Assembly: GCA_963727625.1 (NCBI GenBank)
Contig: CAVSHR010000012.1
Span: 352,001-416,000, forward strand
From: an uncultured delta proteobacterium
GTDB lineage: Bacteria; Desulfobacterota; Binatia; UBA9968
DNA length: 64,000 nt
Reading direction: 5' to 3'
In this document: positions 7,714 to 18,662 of the stretch, one piece after another
How the letters are laid out: the number at the start of each line of letters is the position of its first letter
How positions within the stretch are numbered: the first letter of the stretch is position 1
Notes under the pieces: generated by a model
The model's input: the letters and a program-made list of their open reading frames with translations, nothing else
The model's database searches: none
What the model was told of the DNA's origin: nothing
Made by a program: the position numbers and the translations under genes

Positions 7714-8754
7714 ATGAACGATCGAACGACTCCGAGCCAGGCTGACCTTTGGGGGCTTGTATTAGCGGGCGGCGAAGGCAAGCGTCTGCAAGAATTCGTA
7801 CACCAACTGCGCGGCGAGTCTTTGCCCAAGCAATACGTCAATTTCGTCGGTACCCGCTCCATGCTTCAACACACCTTGGATCGTGCCGAGCGCTTGATCC
7901 CTCGGCGAAAGATTTTGACCGTCGTTACCGAACACCATCTTTGGGCCCCCACGGTGCGCCGGCAATTGTCGGATCGCGCGCCGGCCACGGTGATCGTTCA
8001 ACCGGAAAACAAAGACACCGGACCGGGAATACTTCTTCCGCTCACGTACCTTTACAAGGGCTGTCCCGACGCCACCATCGCTCTTTTCCCATCGGACCAT
8101 TTTATTCTCGAGGAAGATCGCTTCCTTGACCATGTCCGCCTGGCAGCCCGCGCCGTGCATCATGATTCCTCCCAGATCCTGCTTCTGGCTATAGAAGCTC
8201 AGCGGGCGGAAACAGAATACGGCTACGTGGTTGCCGCCGGTTACAACGGCCATATCGATTTGTGCGGATGCCGAAAGGCAGCCCATTTCGTAGAGAAGCC
8301 GGATCCAGCGGAGGCACGTTTGCTGGTTGCTGCGGGCGCGCTATGGAACACCATGATCATGGTGTTCAAAGTCGAAACGCTATTGCGCCACGTCCAAACA
8401 CTCTATCCCGAAGTCGCGAGTCTCTTCCGCGCGCTTTCGGACTTGATCGGCACAGCAGCGGAAGACCGCAAGATACAAGAAATTTATCGCCATCTACGAC
8501 CGCTAAACTTTTCCAAGGATATTCTCGAAAGCATCGCAGCTCGCTTCCCGGCATCGATTTCGGTGCTGCCCGTTTTGGGGGTGACCTGGAGCGACTGGGG
8601 ATCGCCGCAGCGGCTATTGGAAAGCAAAAAATCCCTCGATCTGCGCCCCCATGTGCCATCGCCTACGCTACAACCGCCGACGGTCACGCCCGGGTCCCAA
8701 TCAGGTCGGCCGGCCGCTCCGGACGTTGCGGTCCGCCAGCGCCGATTAGGATAA
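7714..8754 (+). CDS. Mannose-1-phosphate guanylyltransferase-like nucleotidyltransferase
   Basis: LAGGEGKRL...PKQY, QPENKDTGPG, FPSDH, EYGYV, FVEKP, WSDWG. Confidence 0.88.
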   Translation: MNDRTTPSQADLWGLVLAGGEGKRLQEFVHQLRGESLPKQYVNFVGTRSMLQHTLDRAERLIPRRKILTVVTEHHLWAPTVRRQLSDRAPATVIVQPENKDTGPGILLPLTYLYKGCPDATIALFPSDHFILEEDRFLDHVRLAARAVHHDSSQILLLAIEAQRAETEYGYVVAAGYNGHIDLCGCRKAAHFVEKPDPAEARLLVAAGALWNTMIMVFKVETLLRHVQTLYPEVASLFRALSDLIGTAAEDRKIQEIYRHLRPLNFSKDILESIAARFPASISVLPVLGVTWSDWGSPQRLLESKKSLDLRPHVPSPTLQPPTVTPGSQSGRPAAPDVAVRQRRLG

Positions 8755-8995
8755 GGAAGCCTTCAGGTACATGAAGTCGTCGCGATGGCAGGAATCAGAG
8801 ATCGATTTTCCGGTCAATCTTGAGAGATGCCAAGGGAAGGTTTACGATGGTCTTGTGTAGAACATCGGTATCGGTAACGCCCATCGATCGCTCGCAGTTT
8901 CATCGCATCGTCGACAAGTGTTCGTTCAATGAGTTGGTGCAAATGATCCGCGACACAAGCTTCAGTAACGCGGGTGGGTTTGACGGGAGGACTCT

Positions 8996-9496
8996 ATGTC
9001 TCTGCGCACCTTCTTGATCATGCTTGTGCTCGGCGCTTTGTCGCTGTTTACGGTGGCTAACTGGCACGCCTTTACAACGCCCACGAAGCTTTCTCTCATC
9101 ATCGCCACCGTTGAGGCGCCCCTAGGGCTCATGCTGCTTGGCGTCGTTGTTCTGCTCACGGCTTTGTTTCTGATCTACATCGCTTATTTGCAATCGTCGG
9201 TGTTGTTTGAAACCCGTCGCCGCGGCCGCGAGCTCCAAGCCCAGCGCGAGCTTGCCGAGCATGCTGAAATCTCGCGTATCCACGAGTTACGTTCCAGCTT
9301 GGAAACCCAGCTACAGACTTTGGGAAAACAAACCGAGCGCTCGCAGTCGGAATTGACGGCGCGGCTAGACTGTCTGGAAACTGACCTCCGCCAAACTGTA
9401 GAGCAGTGTCAAAACGCTCTGGCAGCCTCCCTCGCTGAAATCAACGATCGTATTCAGCATGGTACGGTTCAATTGCAGCCGCGAAAACTAGCCTAG
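8996..9496 (+). CDS. LapA-like 2-TM membrane protein with C-terminal coiled coil
   Basis: Two hydrophobic helices (ANW..F..PTKLSL..APLGL) then heptad-rich tail; GGAGG RBS. Confidence 0.75.
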   Translation: MSLRTFLIMLVLGALSLFTVANWHAFTTPTKLSLIIATVEAPLGLMLLGVVVLLTALFLIYIAYLQSSVLFETRRRGRELQAQRELAEHAEISRIHELRSSLETQLQTLGKQTERSQSELTARLDCLETDLRQTVEQCQNALAASLAEINDRIQHGTVQLQPRKLA

Positions 9497-9539
9497 CAAC
9501 CTGAGTTTCCTAATCAGTCGCCCAGGGCGAGGAGATTGC

Positions 9540-10097
9540 ATGAAAAGCAAAACGACTTATCAAAAAAAAATTGAATCCCAGTTAACCAAGTGGAAAACCA
9601 CAATTGACGGCCTAAAAACGAAGATCGAGCAGGCTGAAGTCGCCGGCAAGGCCAAGCTTCATGCACAACTTGACAGGTTGCATGACAAACGAGCCGGAGC
9701 GGAAAAGCTGCTCGAAGAACTCTCCGCCACGAGCCAGGACGCCTGGGACGAGATCAAGTCGGGCATTGAACAAGGCTGGAGCGAGGTTACCCGCACAGCA
9801 AGAAAGACTATGGCAAAAGTGCGCGAAGCAATAGAGCCTCCAAGCCGTGAGGATGAGATTCGCCAGATTGCCTATCAACTTTGGCTAGACGAAGGTTGTC
9901 CCCACGGCCGGCATCTGGATCATTGGTTCAAGGCGGAGTCCCTCTGGCGTGAACAGCAAGAGGCAAAACAGCCGGAGGCCCCTCGGCCGGCAAAATCGAA
10001 ACCAAGACGGAAAAATACGGCTGCGGCGCAACCCATCAAAACTCGGGCCGGTAAAACCAAAACCGGTGGCAGCAAACGCGGCATAGACAAACCGTAA
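9540..10097 (+). CDS. Coiled-coil + DUF2934 domain protein with basic tail
   Basis: YQKKIESQL..W...ID.L...AWDEIKSG; EIRQIAYQLWLDEGCPHGRHLDHWFKAE (DUF2934). Confidence 0.8.
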   Translation: MKSKTTYQKKIESQLTKWKTTIDGLKTKIEQAEVAGKAKLHAQLDRLHDKRAGAEKLLEELSATSQDAWDEIKSGIEQGWSEVTRTARKTMAKVREAIEPPSREDEIRQIAYQLWLDEGCPHGRHLDHWFKAESLWREQQEAKQPEAPRPAKSKPRRKNTAAAQPIKTRAGKTKTGGSKRGIDKP

Positions 10098-10329
10098 TGG
10101 AAGACCCGATGGCGTTCCAACGATTGATCAAACGAGTAGGCGCGGAGTGGGTTGGGACGATACCGAGCTTCACCAGACTGGCACGGCCGCTTTTGCCTTT
10201 TAAGTCATAAAGCGATCAAGGATACCATCTAGAAAACAGCAACACAGGCAAAGACCGAGAGGATACTGTTCTTTCATCTCGGATGATCCCGCCTGAGCCA
10301 CGGTATGATCTTATGTAAATGCGTCAACC

Positions 10330-10560
10330 GCGCGTGGGCCGTCGTTAAAACAACTGGCCAGGCTTTTTATCAAGACAAAAGGCTACTTTCTGGACATGGG
10401 CTTGGCTTATAATCTGCTGCTCTATTTCGTGCTGCTAATCCTGCTGATGATTTCAGCGCTGGGATATACGGCGCTTGACCCTGAAAGAGCGATGGTCGAA
10501 GTGCAATCCGTGATGCGCCAATTCCTGCCGCATTCGGAGCAGGCGTTTGCGGACGCTAGA
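10330..10560 (+). pseudogene. Truncated, frameshifted YihY/BrkB-family membrane protein remnant
   Basis: AWAVVKTTGQAFYQD / GYFLDMGLAYNLLLYFVLLILLMISALG...RQFLP resembles a YihY N-terminus; frame break near 10380, similarity ends ~10560. Confidence 0.5.
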
Positions 10561-10658
10561 TTCCGCTGCCAAGCAGTCTCCGGGGCAGCCGGCATGCTAC
10601 GGGTGTTGATCTTTGAATTGTTCAATAGATCATTCGCCACAAGGGAGGGGGTTTCGCT

Positions 10659-11189
10659 ATGCAAGCCAAACATACTTTTGTTGATCGGCTGATCGCGATT
10701 GAGCGGCGAGTCTGCCGCGTTTACCAGAAATGGACCGCAAATGATACCTTCTCGGCCGACCTCCGTTCGTTCTTTAGAGCCATGGCCGAAGAAGAAAAGC
10801 AGCACCTTGCCATCCTGGAACGCTCTGCCGGTCTGCTAAATCTTGCCGCAGCGCCGCCGCACTCAGCGACCGCGCAGATGGAGAAAGTCGAAGCGCAAAT
10901 CTCAATGGCGGAGCGGGTCGGCGATAAGCCGGACTCGGCGGCCGACGAAGTTTTGGGCCATTCCCTCGCCCTCGAGAGCTCGGAACTGAACCAGCTCGAT
11001 AACGCCTGGTTGAAAGGGTTCCAGCCGGATTTAGCAAATCTGCAGCAGGCATGGCTGCCGGCGCATGAAGAGCATATCCGTCGGCTGTCCGATGCCATTT
11101 GCAGGTTCACGGCCAACGAGAACCTACACAAAGAGGCTGCAGCCTTGTTGTCGGAATACGAGAGACAAAAAATGACTCGCACGGGATAG
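10659..11189 (+). CDS. Ferritin-like (rubrerythrin-type four-helix) protein
   Basis: IAIE....RVY, MAEEEKQH, LALESSE, HEEH; GGAGG RBS. Confidence 0.7.
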   Translation: MQAKHTFVDRLIAIERRVCRVYQKWTANDTFSADLRSFFRAMAEEEKQHLAILERSAGLLNLAAAPPHSATAQMEKVEAQISMAERVGDKPDSAADEVLGHSLALESSELNQLDNAWLKGFQPDLANLQQAWLPAHEEHIRRLSDAICRFTANENLHKEAAALLSEYERQKMTRTG

Positions 11190-11321
11190 CTCTGTCGAGG
11201 TTGCCGGATCGAAGAAGTGCCGGCTTGTCGCATGGGTTTTGCGTTATGCCGTGAAAAGTAGCCAGTGCTCTAACCCGCTCTTCAACGTCGTTGATCAAGA
11301 TCTTGCCAGTTTGAGCCAGCA

Positions 11322-11445
11322 GACTGCTGAAAAACCCTAGAGTCCTTCGACGATGCTCTGGACGAACGGGAGCGGGTTGATGCCATTGATATGTTTCCGT
11401 TCAACCTGAGCTCATCGAAGCATTCAAAATTTTTTTCAGTAGCCC
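11322..11445. repeat. REP-like nested palindromic element between convergent genes
   Basis: Outer ctgctgaaaaa...tttttcagtag; inner cttcgacgatgctctggacgaacgg...ccgttcaacctgagctcatcgaag. Confidence 0.65.
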
Positions 11446-11459
11446 ACTGGGTTTCGTCC

Positions 11460-12923
11460 TTAGGGCGGCATCCCTGCCAGGGGTGTCCAACCCCCGCCTA
11501 AGGCTTTATACAGGCTGATGAGATTCGACGTCACCTGCCCGCGGCTCTGGGCGAGTTGGTCTTGAAACGTCAGTAAGGCGCGCTCGGCGTCGAGCACGCT
11601 TTGAAAGTCGATGAGCCCCGAGGCGTATTGATTGCGCGCCAGCTCCGCGGCTTTTTGCGCGGCATCCGTCGCTTCTGCCAGCGCCTGCTTGCGGTTCTGC
11701 TCCTCACCATAGGCCACAAGCGCATTTTCCACATCTTCGAGCGCCGTGCGAATCGTTCCCTCGTAGTGATTCAGTGCCTGCTCCTGCAGCGCGTTTTGTA
11801 CTTCGATGTTCTGACGAATGGCGCCGCCTTTGAAAAGCGGCCAGGCGAAACTCCCCGCGATGCTCCAGACGCGATTGGCGGTATTGAAAAAGTGGTTGGT
11901 CGTCAGCGATTCGAGTCCAATCGAGCCCGGCAGCGAAAATGTCGGATAGAGATCCGCCGTGGCAACGCCGACCCGGGCAGTCTGAGCCGCCAGTTGCCGC
12001 TCGGCGCGCCTAACATCCGGACGGCGGCGCAAGGTTTCGGCCGGGACACCGATCGCCAACTCCATCGGCGCTTCCGGTATCGGCCCTCTTGGACCGAGCT
12101 GCGCCTCTAAAGCGCCGGGGAACGCACCGAGTAACATGGCAAGGCGGTTCTTCGCCTCTTCGATGGCTGAGCGCAGCTTGGGCAACTGCGCGCGCGTGCT
12201 TTCCAGGTTGCCGCGCGCCTGCTCGACATCGAGCCGACTGACCAAACCCGCTTCATAGCGCCACTGCGTGAGCTGCAGCGTTTCCTGCTGGGCCTTTAGA
12301 TTTGCTTCCGCCGCCGTGAGCTGGGTCTGAAGCGTCCGCGCCTCGACGTAGTTAAGCGCCACTTCCGCCACGAGACTCACCAGCACGTCATGGTAATCGG
12401 CCTCGCTTGCTTCGAGATCGCCCTGCGCCGCTTCCACCGAGCGGCGCAAGCGACCGAAGATATCGATTTCCCAGCTTGCATCGAAGCCGAGCCGGTAAAG
12501 ATCTCGAATCTCGCCGCTGCTGGTTTGTTCACTGCCGCGGCTTCGGGTTGCCGAGCCGCCGGCGCTGAGTGTCGGCAACAAACCTGCCTGCGCCACGCCG
12601 CGGCGCGCCCGCGTCTCGCGCACCCTGGCTTGAGCGGTTTTCAGATCCAAGTTGCCGGCGCTCGCGCGCTCGATCAGATCGGACAGGTCCGTATCGCCGA
12701 GCACGCTCCACCATTGCGCGAGCGCCGGTGCGTCGGGCGTTGCGGCAGTCACGCCGCCATGCAAGCTCTGACTCCACTCGCGCGGCGCCGCAATGTCCGG
12801 AGATTTGTAATCGGGCCCGACGGCGACACAGCCGGAGAGTATTCCCGCGACGACGCTGGTAACCAGCGGCGGTATAGGGCAACGACCTAGACGGATCAGC
12901 AACAATCGCATGAGATTTTCCAT
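11460..12923 (-). CDS. Efflux outer-membrane lipoprotein (NodT/TolC family)
   Basis: LSGC lipobox, VGPDY, WW..LGD..L, RRPDVRRAE, LYKALGGGW. Confidence 0.95.
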   Translation of the reverse strand: MENLMRLLLIRLGRCPIPPLVTSVVAGILSGCVAVGPDYKSPDIAAPREWSQSLHGGVTAATPDAPALAQWWSVLGDTDLSDLIERASAGNLDLKTAQARVRETRARRGVAQAGLLPTLSAGGSATRSRGSEQTSSGEIRDLYRLGFDASWEIDIFGRLRRSVEAAQGDLEASEADYHDVLVSLVAEVALNYVEARTLQTQLTAAEANLKAQQETLQLTQWRYEAGLVSRLDVEQARGNLESTRAQLPKLRSAIEEAKNRLAMLLGAFPGALEAQLGPRGPIPEAPMELAIGVPAETLRRRPDVRRAERQLAAQTARVGVATADLYPTFSLPGSIGLESLTTNHFFNTANRVWSIAGSFAWPLFKGGAIRQNIEVQNALQEQALNHYEGTIRTALEDVENALVAYGEEQNRKQALAEATDAAQKAAELARNQYASGLIDFQSVLDAERALLTFQDQLAQSRGQVTSNLISLYKALGGGWTPLAGMPP

Positions 12924-14126
12924 TCACTCATGGCGCAGCGCTTCGATCGGATCGAGCTGGGCGGCGCGTCGCGCCGGAACGTAACCGAATATCACCCCCA
13001 CGGCGCCGGAGAAAAGAAAGGCGAGCACCATGATGCCTGGATTGAAGACCAACGGCACCTGGAGAACTTGCGCAAGCACCGCGGACGCGGCGAGCGCGAG
13101 CAGGACACCGAAAAGCCCGCCAAAGGAGGCCAGCACCATGGCTTCCACCAGAAATTGCGTGAGCACGTCGCGCTCATAGGCGCCGATCGCCAGGCGAATG
13201 CCGATTTCCCGGGTGCGCTCGGTCACCGACACCAGCATGATGTTCATGATGCCGATACCGCCGACGAGCAGGCTCACTGCCGCCACCGCGCTCAACAGCA
13301 GTGTGAGGATGCGGGTGGTGCCGGTCAGTATCTGGGCGATCTGGCGCGTATCCATGACCGAGAAATCATTTTCTTCGTTGGGCGCGAGATGGCGGCGCTC
13401 GCGCATCAAGCGCTCGATGGCCGATTTGACTCCCTCGAGAGCGCCGGCGTCACGCACCGAAAGTTGAATCTGCGAGATATCTCGATTGCCGGAAATACGG
13501 CGCTGAAAAGTTCGCAGCGGAATGACGATGAGATCGTCTTGGTCCCTGCCCATCACCGACTGCCCTTTCGCCTCCAACCGCCCGATCACGTCGCAAGAGA
13601 CGTTCTTCAAACGGATATTGTTGCCGAGCGAGTCTTGGGCGCCGAAGAGCTCTTTAGCCACGGTAGCGCCGACGACGCAGACCGCTTTGCCGGCGCGCAG
13701 CTCGCTTTCGGTAAAGGTTCGGCCCTGGGCAATCACCCAGTTGGCCGCCGTAAAGTAGTCATTGGTCGTCCCCGTGATGGCGGTGGACCAGTTCTTGTTG
13801 GCGAAGACAGCGGTCACTGATTTTGTCGCCGTCGGCGCGACAGCTTTGAGATCGCCGATATCACGCGCGATCGCGTCCGCGTCGCCGTCACTGAACTGCG
13901 CGACGCTTGAACTTCGTCCCGGTCCCATCTGACCGGGAATGAGAATCACCACATTGCTGCCGAGGCTGGCGATTTGTTGGGACACCTGAACCGTGGCGCC
14001 GCTTCCAAGCGTGACCATGACGATCACCGCAGCCACACCGATGACGATGCCGAGGATCGTCAGGAAGGAGCGCAGCACGTTGCGGCGCAGCTCCCGCAGG
14101 GCGAGCAAAAACGCATTCCAGATCAT
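12924..14126 (-). CDS. MacB-like ABC transporter permease
   Basis: RSFLTILGIVIGVAAV, LLVGGIGIMNIMLVSVTERTREIGIR, PARRAAQLDPIEALR. Confidence 0.95.
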   Translation of the reverse strand: MIWNAFLLALRELRRNVLRSFLTILGIVIGVAAVIVMVTLGSGATVQVSQQIASLGSNVVILIPGQMGPGRSSSVAQFSDGDADAIARDIGDLKAVAPTATKSVTAVFANKNWSTAITGTTNDYFTAANWVIAQGRTFTESELRAGKAVCVVGATVAKELFGAQDSLGNNIRLKNVSCDVIGRLEAKGQSVMGRDQDDLIVIPLRTFQRRISGNRDISQIQLSVRDAGALEGVKSAIERLMRERRHLAPNEENDFSVMDTRQIAQILTGTTRILTLLLSAVAAVSLLVGGIGIMNIMLVSVTERTREIGIRLAIGAYERDVLTQFLVEAMVLASFGGLFGVLLALAASAVLAQVLQVPLVFNPGIMVLAFLFSGAVGVIFGYVPARRAAQLDPIEALRHE

Positions 14127-14857
14127 CAGGCGGCCTCTTTATCATTGCGCTCATCGGCCTCCACTCGTCCATCGACAAAGCGCACGATGCGCCTGGCATA
14201 GGCGGCCATGTCCGGCTCGTGGGTGACCATGACGATGGTAATGCCGCGATTTTGATTGAGCCTGGTTAACAACTCCATGATTTCGCGGCTGCGCGCCGTA
14301 TCGAGATTGCCGGTCGGCTCGTCGGCGAACAGAACATGCGGCGAGGTCACGATAGCGCGGGCGATCGCCACCCGTTGCTGCTGCCCGCCGGAAAGCTCAC
14401 CGGGGGTGTGACTTTCCCAGCCGGCCAATCCCACCGCGCCTAACGCTTGGCGCGCGAGCGTGTGCCGCTCGGCAATCGGCTTCTTGCGATAAATCAACGG
14501 CAGCTCGACGTTTTCCAGAGCCGAGGTGCGATTGAGTAAATTGTACCCTTGGAAAACAAAGCCGAGATAATAGCGGCGCAGCCGCGCCCTCTGTAGGCGC
14601 GACAATCTTTCCACCTCCACCCCCTCGAACCGATAGGAACCCGAAGTTGGCATATCCAAGCAGCCGAGAATGTTCAGACAGGTGGATTTTCCTGAGCCGC
14701 TCGGCCCCATGACCGCGACAAACTCACCCCTGTCGATAGCCAGCTCCACGCCCCGCAGCGCCTCCATGGCAGCCGCGCCGGCGCCGTAAACCTTGGTCAC
14801 GCCGCGAAGCAGGATCTGCGGCGGCCCGGCATTTTCGGCGAAAGCCTTTTCCGTCAT
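14126..14857 (-). CDS. MacB/LolD-type ABC ATP-binding protein
   Basis: [35 protein letters not shown]. Confidence 0.95.
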   Translation of the reverse strand: MTEKAFAENAGPPQILLRGVTKVYGAGAAAMEALRGVELAIDRGEFVAVMGPSGSGKSTCLNILGCLDMPTSGSYRFEGVEVERLSRLQRARLRRYYLGFVFQGYNLLNRTSALENVELPLIYRKKPIAERHTLARQALGAVGLAGWESHTPGELSGGQQQRVAIARAIVTSPHVLFADEPTGNLDTARSREIMELLTRLNQNRGITIVMVTHEPDMAAYARRIVRFVDGRVEADERNDKEAA

Positions 14858-16194
14858 GGGTTCGCCGCAATCATGTCCGTGATCACTTCGCTTCCCACCG
14901 CGATGTCGCCGCCGGTGACTTCAGTCATGACGCCATCCGTTGAGCCCGTGGCAATGGCGACGGCGACCGGCTTGCCATCGCGCAACACCCAAACGCGCTG
15001 TTGCTTGCCTTTGGCACCACCCGAGTCCGCTGGCCTTGAAGTCTGCGGCGGACGCGGGAACAGGCGGCTTAACAAGCTACCGCCGGTTTGCGCGGTTTCC
15101 GCCGTGACCGGCGGCGAGAAACGGAGCGCTGCATTCGGCGCCAATGTCACATCGGTGGCCCGATTCACCGTGATATTGGCGGTGGCGGTCATGCCGGGGC
15201 GCAAGGCGAGATCGGAGTTGTCGACCGCCAATAAGGTCTTGTAGGTGACTACCCCCTGAACGGTCTCGGGGCCATAGCGCACTTGTGTGACCACGGCGTT
15301 AAACGTTCGCCCGGGATAGCCATCCACCGTAAAACTTGCCGGCTGCCCTACTTTGACCTGAGCCACGTCGGCTTCGTCGACGTCAACTTGCACTTCCATC
15401 TGCGCGAGATTCTCGGCGATGGTAAAAAGCACCGGCGTTTGCAGTGACGCCGCCACCGTTTGACCGGGCTCGACTTGCCGCTTGAGCACGACGCCGTTGA
15501 TCGGCGAGCGGATCACTGCCTTGGATAAATTAGTTTGATCGATACTGAGCTTCCATTTGGCCTCGGAGATCAACGCCTTGAGCGTGGCTTCGTTCGACAC
15601 CGCGCGCTTGAGCACCGCTTCCGCACCGTCAAATTCTTTTTGCGATGGAACCTGTCCGCCGCTCATCTCGCGCACGCGCTTGAACCGTTCCAAAATGTCG
15701 CGCGCCTCGACGACGGTCGCCTGGGCATCGGCCAACTTGGCTTGCGTCGATTCCAACGTCGACTGAGACTGGAAAACTTGAGCTTGCAACTTTTCGGTGT
15801 CGATCCGCGCCAGCACTTGGCCGACTTTCACCCGATCATTGTAATCCGCTTCAACCGTCCTGATGGTGCCGGAAATCTCGGTGCCGACGTCGACTTGATT
15901 GACCGGCTGCACCGTGCCGGTCGCCGTCACTGCCACGGTGAGATCGCCGCGTGTGACCCGAGCGGTCCTATACTGAACCGTCGCGCTATCGCGTGTCGTG
16001 AAATACCAAACCGACGCAGCGATCACGCCCAGCAGCGCCGTCGTCACAAGGGCAATCCGCGCGCGCCTGCGACCGCGCGGCGCCTCGTCGAGGCCCAAAA
16101 CCTCGGCGATATCACGAGCATTAGGTTCATCGGCGCTCATCGACGATACTGACACTCTCGTCATCATGCGCCGTTCGTTCTGTGGGAAGCGCAT
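14854..16194 (-). CDS. MacA-like periplasmic adaptor subunit
   Basis: TM anchor, V.ATGTVQP..QVDVGTEISG, IRSPINGVV, GQTVAASLQTP, LRPGMTA; exact start uncertain. Confidence 0.92.
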   Translation of the reverse strand: MRFPQNERRMMTRVSVSSMSADEPNARDIAEVLGLDEAPRGRRRARIALVTTALLGVIAASVWYFTTRDSATVQYRTARVTRGDLTVAVTATGTVQPVNQVDVGTEISGTIRTVEADYNDRVKVGQVLARIDTEKLQAQVFQSQSTLESTQAKLADAQATVVEARDILERFKRVREMSGGQVPSQKEFDGAEAVLKRAVSNEATLKALISEAKWKLSIDQTNLSKAVIRSPINGVVLKRQVEPGQTVAASLQTPVLFTIAENLAQMEVQVDVDEADVAQVKVGQPASFTVDGYPGRTFNAVVTQVRYGPETVQGVVTYKTLLAVDNSDLALRPGMTATANITVNRATDVTLAPNAALRFSPPVTAETAQTGGSLLSRLFPRPPQTSRPADSGGAKGKQQRVWVLRDGKPVAVAIATGSTDGVMTEVTGGDIAVGSEVITDMIAANP

Positions 16195-16205
16195 GATGCT
16201 CCAAC

Positions 16206-18080
16206 CTAGCTTCGACCCTGACTTTCCTCATACTCGGCGTCGACGACCTTTTCCTTCGCGCCATCCCCGGCGTTGCCCTTTTCCGCTGCTTCGGTTCGTG
16301 AGGTTTGCCGATAGATCGCTTCGGCGAGCTTGTGGGACGCTTGAGTCAGCTCTTCGGTCGATTTTTTGATCCGGTCGAGATTCTTGTCCTTGATCGCCTG
16401 TCTCAAGTTATTGACAGCGGCCTCGATGTCGCCGCGCTCCTTCTGGCTGATTTTGTCGCCGTAGTCCCGTAGTGACTTTTCCGTAGCGTAAATCAAATTA
16501 TCGGCAAGATTGATGATTCCCACCTCCGCTTTTTTCTTGGCATCTTCTGCGGCGAACTTTTCCGCGTCTTGGACCATGCGGTCGATTTCTTCCTTGCCGA
16601 GCTTCTTCGGCGCGGTGATACGAATCGACTGCTCTTTGCCGGTGCCCAGGTCCTTGGCTGCAACATGGACGATACCGTCGGCGTCGATATCGAAACCGAC
16701 TTCGATCTGGGGCATGCCGCGCGGCGCCAGAGGAATGCCGATCAAGTCGAATCTGCCGAGCTCGACATTGTCGTTGGCCATGGGTCGCTCACCTTGCAGG
16801 ACGCGGATCGTCACTGCCGTCTGGTTATCGGCGGCGGTCGAAAAAATCTGGCTTTTTCGCGTCGGCACCGTGGTGTTTCTTGCGATCAGCGCGGTGCTCA
16901 CCCCGCCCAGGGTTTCTATCCCCAAGGACAGCGGCGTCACGTCGAGCAACAAAATATCTTTGACTTCGCCCTTGATGATCGCCGCCTGGATCGCCGCGCC
17001 CATGGCGACGCAGTCCATCGGGTCGATGCCGCGCTCGATCTTCTTGCCGAAATAATCCTCGACAAATTTTTGCACGATCGGCATGCGCGTCGGACCGCCG
17101 ACCATGATGATCTTGTCGATATCCTGGCCGGTAAATCTTGTTCCCTCTTTGACGAAGGCATCCTGAGCGTCTTTCAACGCCTGTTCGAGAGGACCCCGAC
17201 ACTTTTCAATGATTGGACCGACCATTTCATCAAGTTTGGCTCGATTGATCGATAGCGTTAGATGTTTCGGCCCGCTCGCATCCGCGGTGATAAAAGGCAG
17301 GTTAATATCGGTGGTCAGCGCGCTGGATAGTTCGACTTTGGCTTTTTCCGCCGCTTCGCGCAGCCGTTGCACGGCCATACTGTCGTTGGTGAGATCAATA
17401 CCCGTCTCCCGTCTGAATTCCTTGGCGATATGATCGATCAGCACGCGGTCCATGTCGGTGCCGCCCAACTGGGTATCCCCACTGGTCGCCACCACCTTGA
17501 ATCCGCCTTCTTTCCACATCTCCATGATGGTGACGTCGAGAGTGCCGCCGCCGAAATCAAAAACCAGGATTTTTAATTCCTTGCCGGCTTTCTCCAGGCC
17601 GTAGGCGAGGCAGGCGGCCGTCGGCTCGTTGACGATCCGCAAAACTTTCAGACCGGCGATCTCACCCGCGTCCCTGGTCGCGGTGCGCTGGTTGTCGTCA
17701 AAATAGGCCGGACAGGTGATCACCGCCTCTTCGACTTTATCGCCGAGGTGCGCTTCGGCGTCCTGTTTGATCTTTTGTAAGATGAACGCGGAGATCTGTT
17801 GTGGCGTGTATTCTTTATCGAAAACTTTGAACTTGAAATCCGACCCCATCTTTCGTTTTGCCGCCTGGATGGTGCCTATGGCATTGATCGCCGCCTGGCG
17901 CCTTGCCGGCTCGCCGACCAGTCGTTGACCGTCCTTGGTAAAAGCCACGTAGGAAGGAAAAGCTTTGCCCGAGGCGACCCCGGCGCCCTCAGCCGAAGGG
18001 ATGATCACCGGTCTGCCGCTTTCGATAACCGCGGCTGCGGAGTTGGACGTGCCCAAATCTATGCCGATTATCTTGGCCAT
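16206..18080 (-). CDS. dnaK: Chaperone DnaK (archaeal/monoderm-type Hsp70)
   Basis: [48 protein letters not shown]; GGAGG RBS. Confidence 0.97.
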   Translation of the reverse strand: MAKIIGIDLGTSNSAAAVIESGRPVIIPSAEGAGVASGKAFPSYVAFTKDGQRLVGEPARRQAAINAIGTIQAAKRKMGSDFKFKVFDKEYTPQQISAFILQKIKQDAEAHLGDKVEEAVITCPAYFDDNQRTATRDAGEIAGLKVLRIVNEPTAACLAYGLEKAGKELKILVFDFGGGTLDVTIMEMWKEGGFKVVATSGDTQLGGTDMDRVLIDHIAKEFRRETGIDLTNDSMAVQRLREAAEKAKVELSSALTTDINLPFITADASGPKHLTLSINRAKLDEMVGPIIEKCRGPLEQALKDAQDAFVKEGTRFTGQDIDKIIMVGGPTRMPIVQKFVEDYFGKKIERGIDPMDCVAMGAAIQAAIIKGEVKDILLLDVTPLSLGIETLGGVSTALIARNTTVPTRKSQIFSTAADNQTAVTIRVLQGERPMANDNVELGRFDLIGIPLAPRGMPQIEVGFDIDADGIVHVAAKDLGTGKEQSIRITAPKKLGKEEIDRMVQDAEKFAAEDAKKKAEVGIINLADNLIYATEKSLRDYGDKISQKERGDIEAAVNNLRQAIKDKNLDRIKKSTEELTQASHKLAEAIYRQTSRTEAAEKGNAGDGAKEKVVDAEYEESQGRS

Positions 18081-18166
18081 TTTACGCCTCCGCTAAAATC
18101 ATCGATCGCTGCGCGTGCTAAGAGCCCCCTCCTTAAGAATGTCGCCGGCCATCTCATCAATTTTCG

Positions 18167-18655
18167 TCACGGCTCGGCTGTTTCGCCGACATCCCAAAGC
18201 AAGCTACGCTGCACCGTTTTGTTCTTCGGCACTCGCAGCGCCTTGACCTGCTTTGATTGCCCTTTGAAAGTCGCGCCTATGAAATAACTCCCCGGCGGTA
18301 GTTTGATATAAAACCAGGGCCCTTCGGTCCGAAGTTTTGCGATCTGCGCGCCTTTGGCGTCAGCGATCACCAGACTCACGCCTGAGACAAAGGCTCCGCT
18401 CTTGGCCGCGAACACGAGCTTGACGTTAAACTCCTTGGCCCGTTGCGCCATCGCCTCGCGTTCGTCGCTGCTCACACCGCCGAAAAGATAGGCATAGCCC
18501 TGTGTCGTTTTGCCCTCGGTCATCATGATCGCCGGCGGAAATTGCGCGGCTTCAGCGTCCGTCGTCGGGAGACTGCAACGCATGGGTTGCAGCGATAGGG
18601 CCAAAATAAGCGCCGCAGTCCAACGCGCCTTGTGACTCCAATGCCATTGCATCAT
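18167..18655 (-). CDS. Secreted hypothetical protein (carboxypeptidase regulatory-like beta domain)
   Basis: Signal-like N-terminus; GGVSSDEREAM, FNVKLVFA, GPWFYIKLPPGSY. Confidence 0.75.
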   Translation of the reverse strand: MMQWHWSHKARWTAALILALSLQPMRCSLPTTDAEAAQFPPAIMMTEGKTTQGYAYLFGGVSSDEREAMAQRAKEFNVKLVFAAKSGAFVSGVSLVIADAKGAQIAKLRTEGPWFYIKLPPGSYFIGATFKGQSKQVKALRVPKNKTVQRSLLWDVGETAEP

Positions 18656-18662
18656 CGGCCTC

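Noticed and set aside
10179-10197. TGGCACGG...TTGC as a sigma-54 promoter
   Set aside because: GG-to-GC spacing is 3 bp too long.
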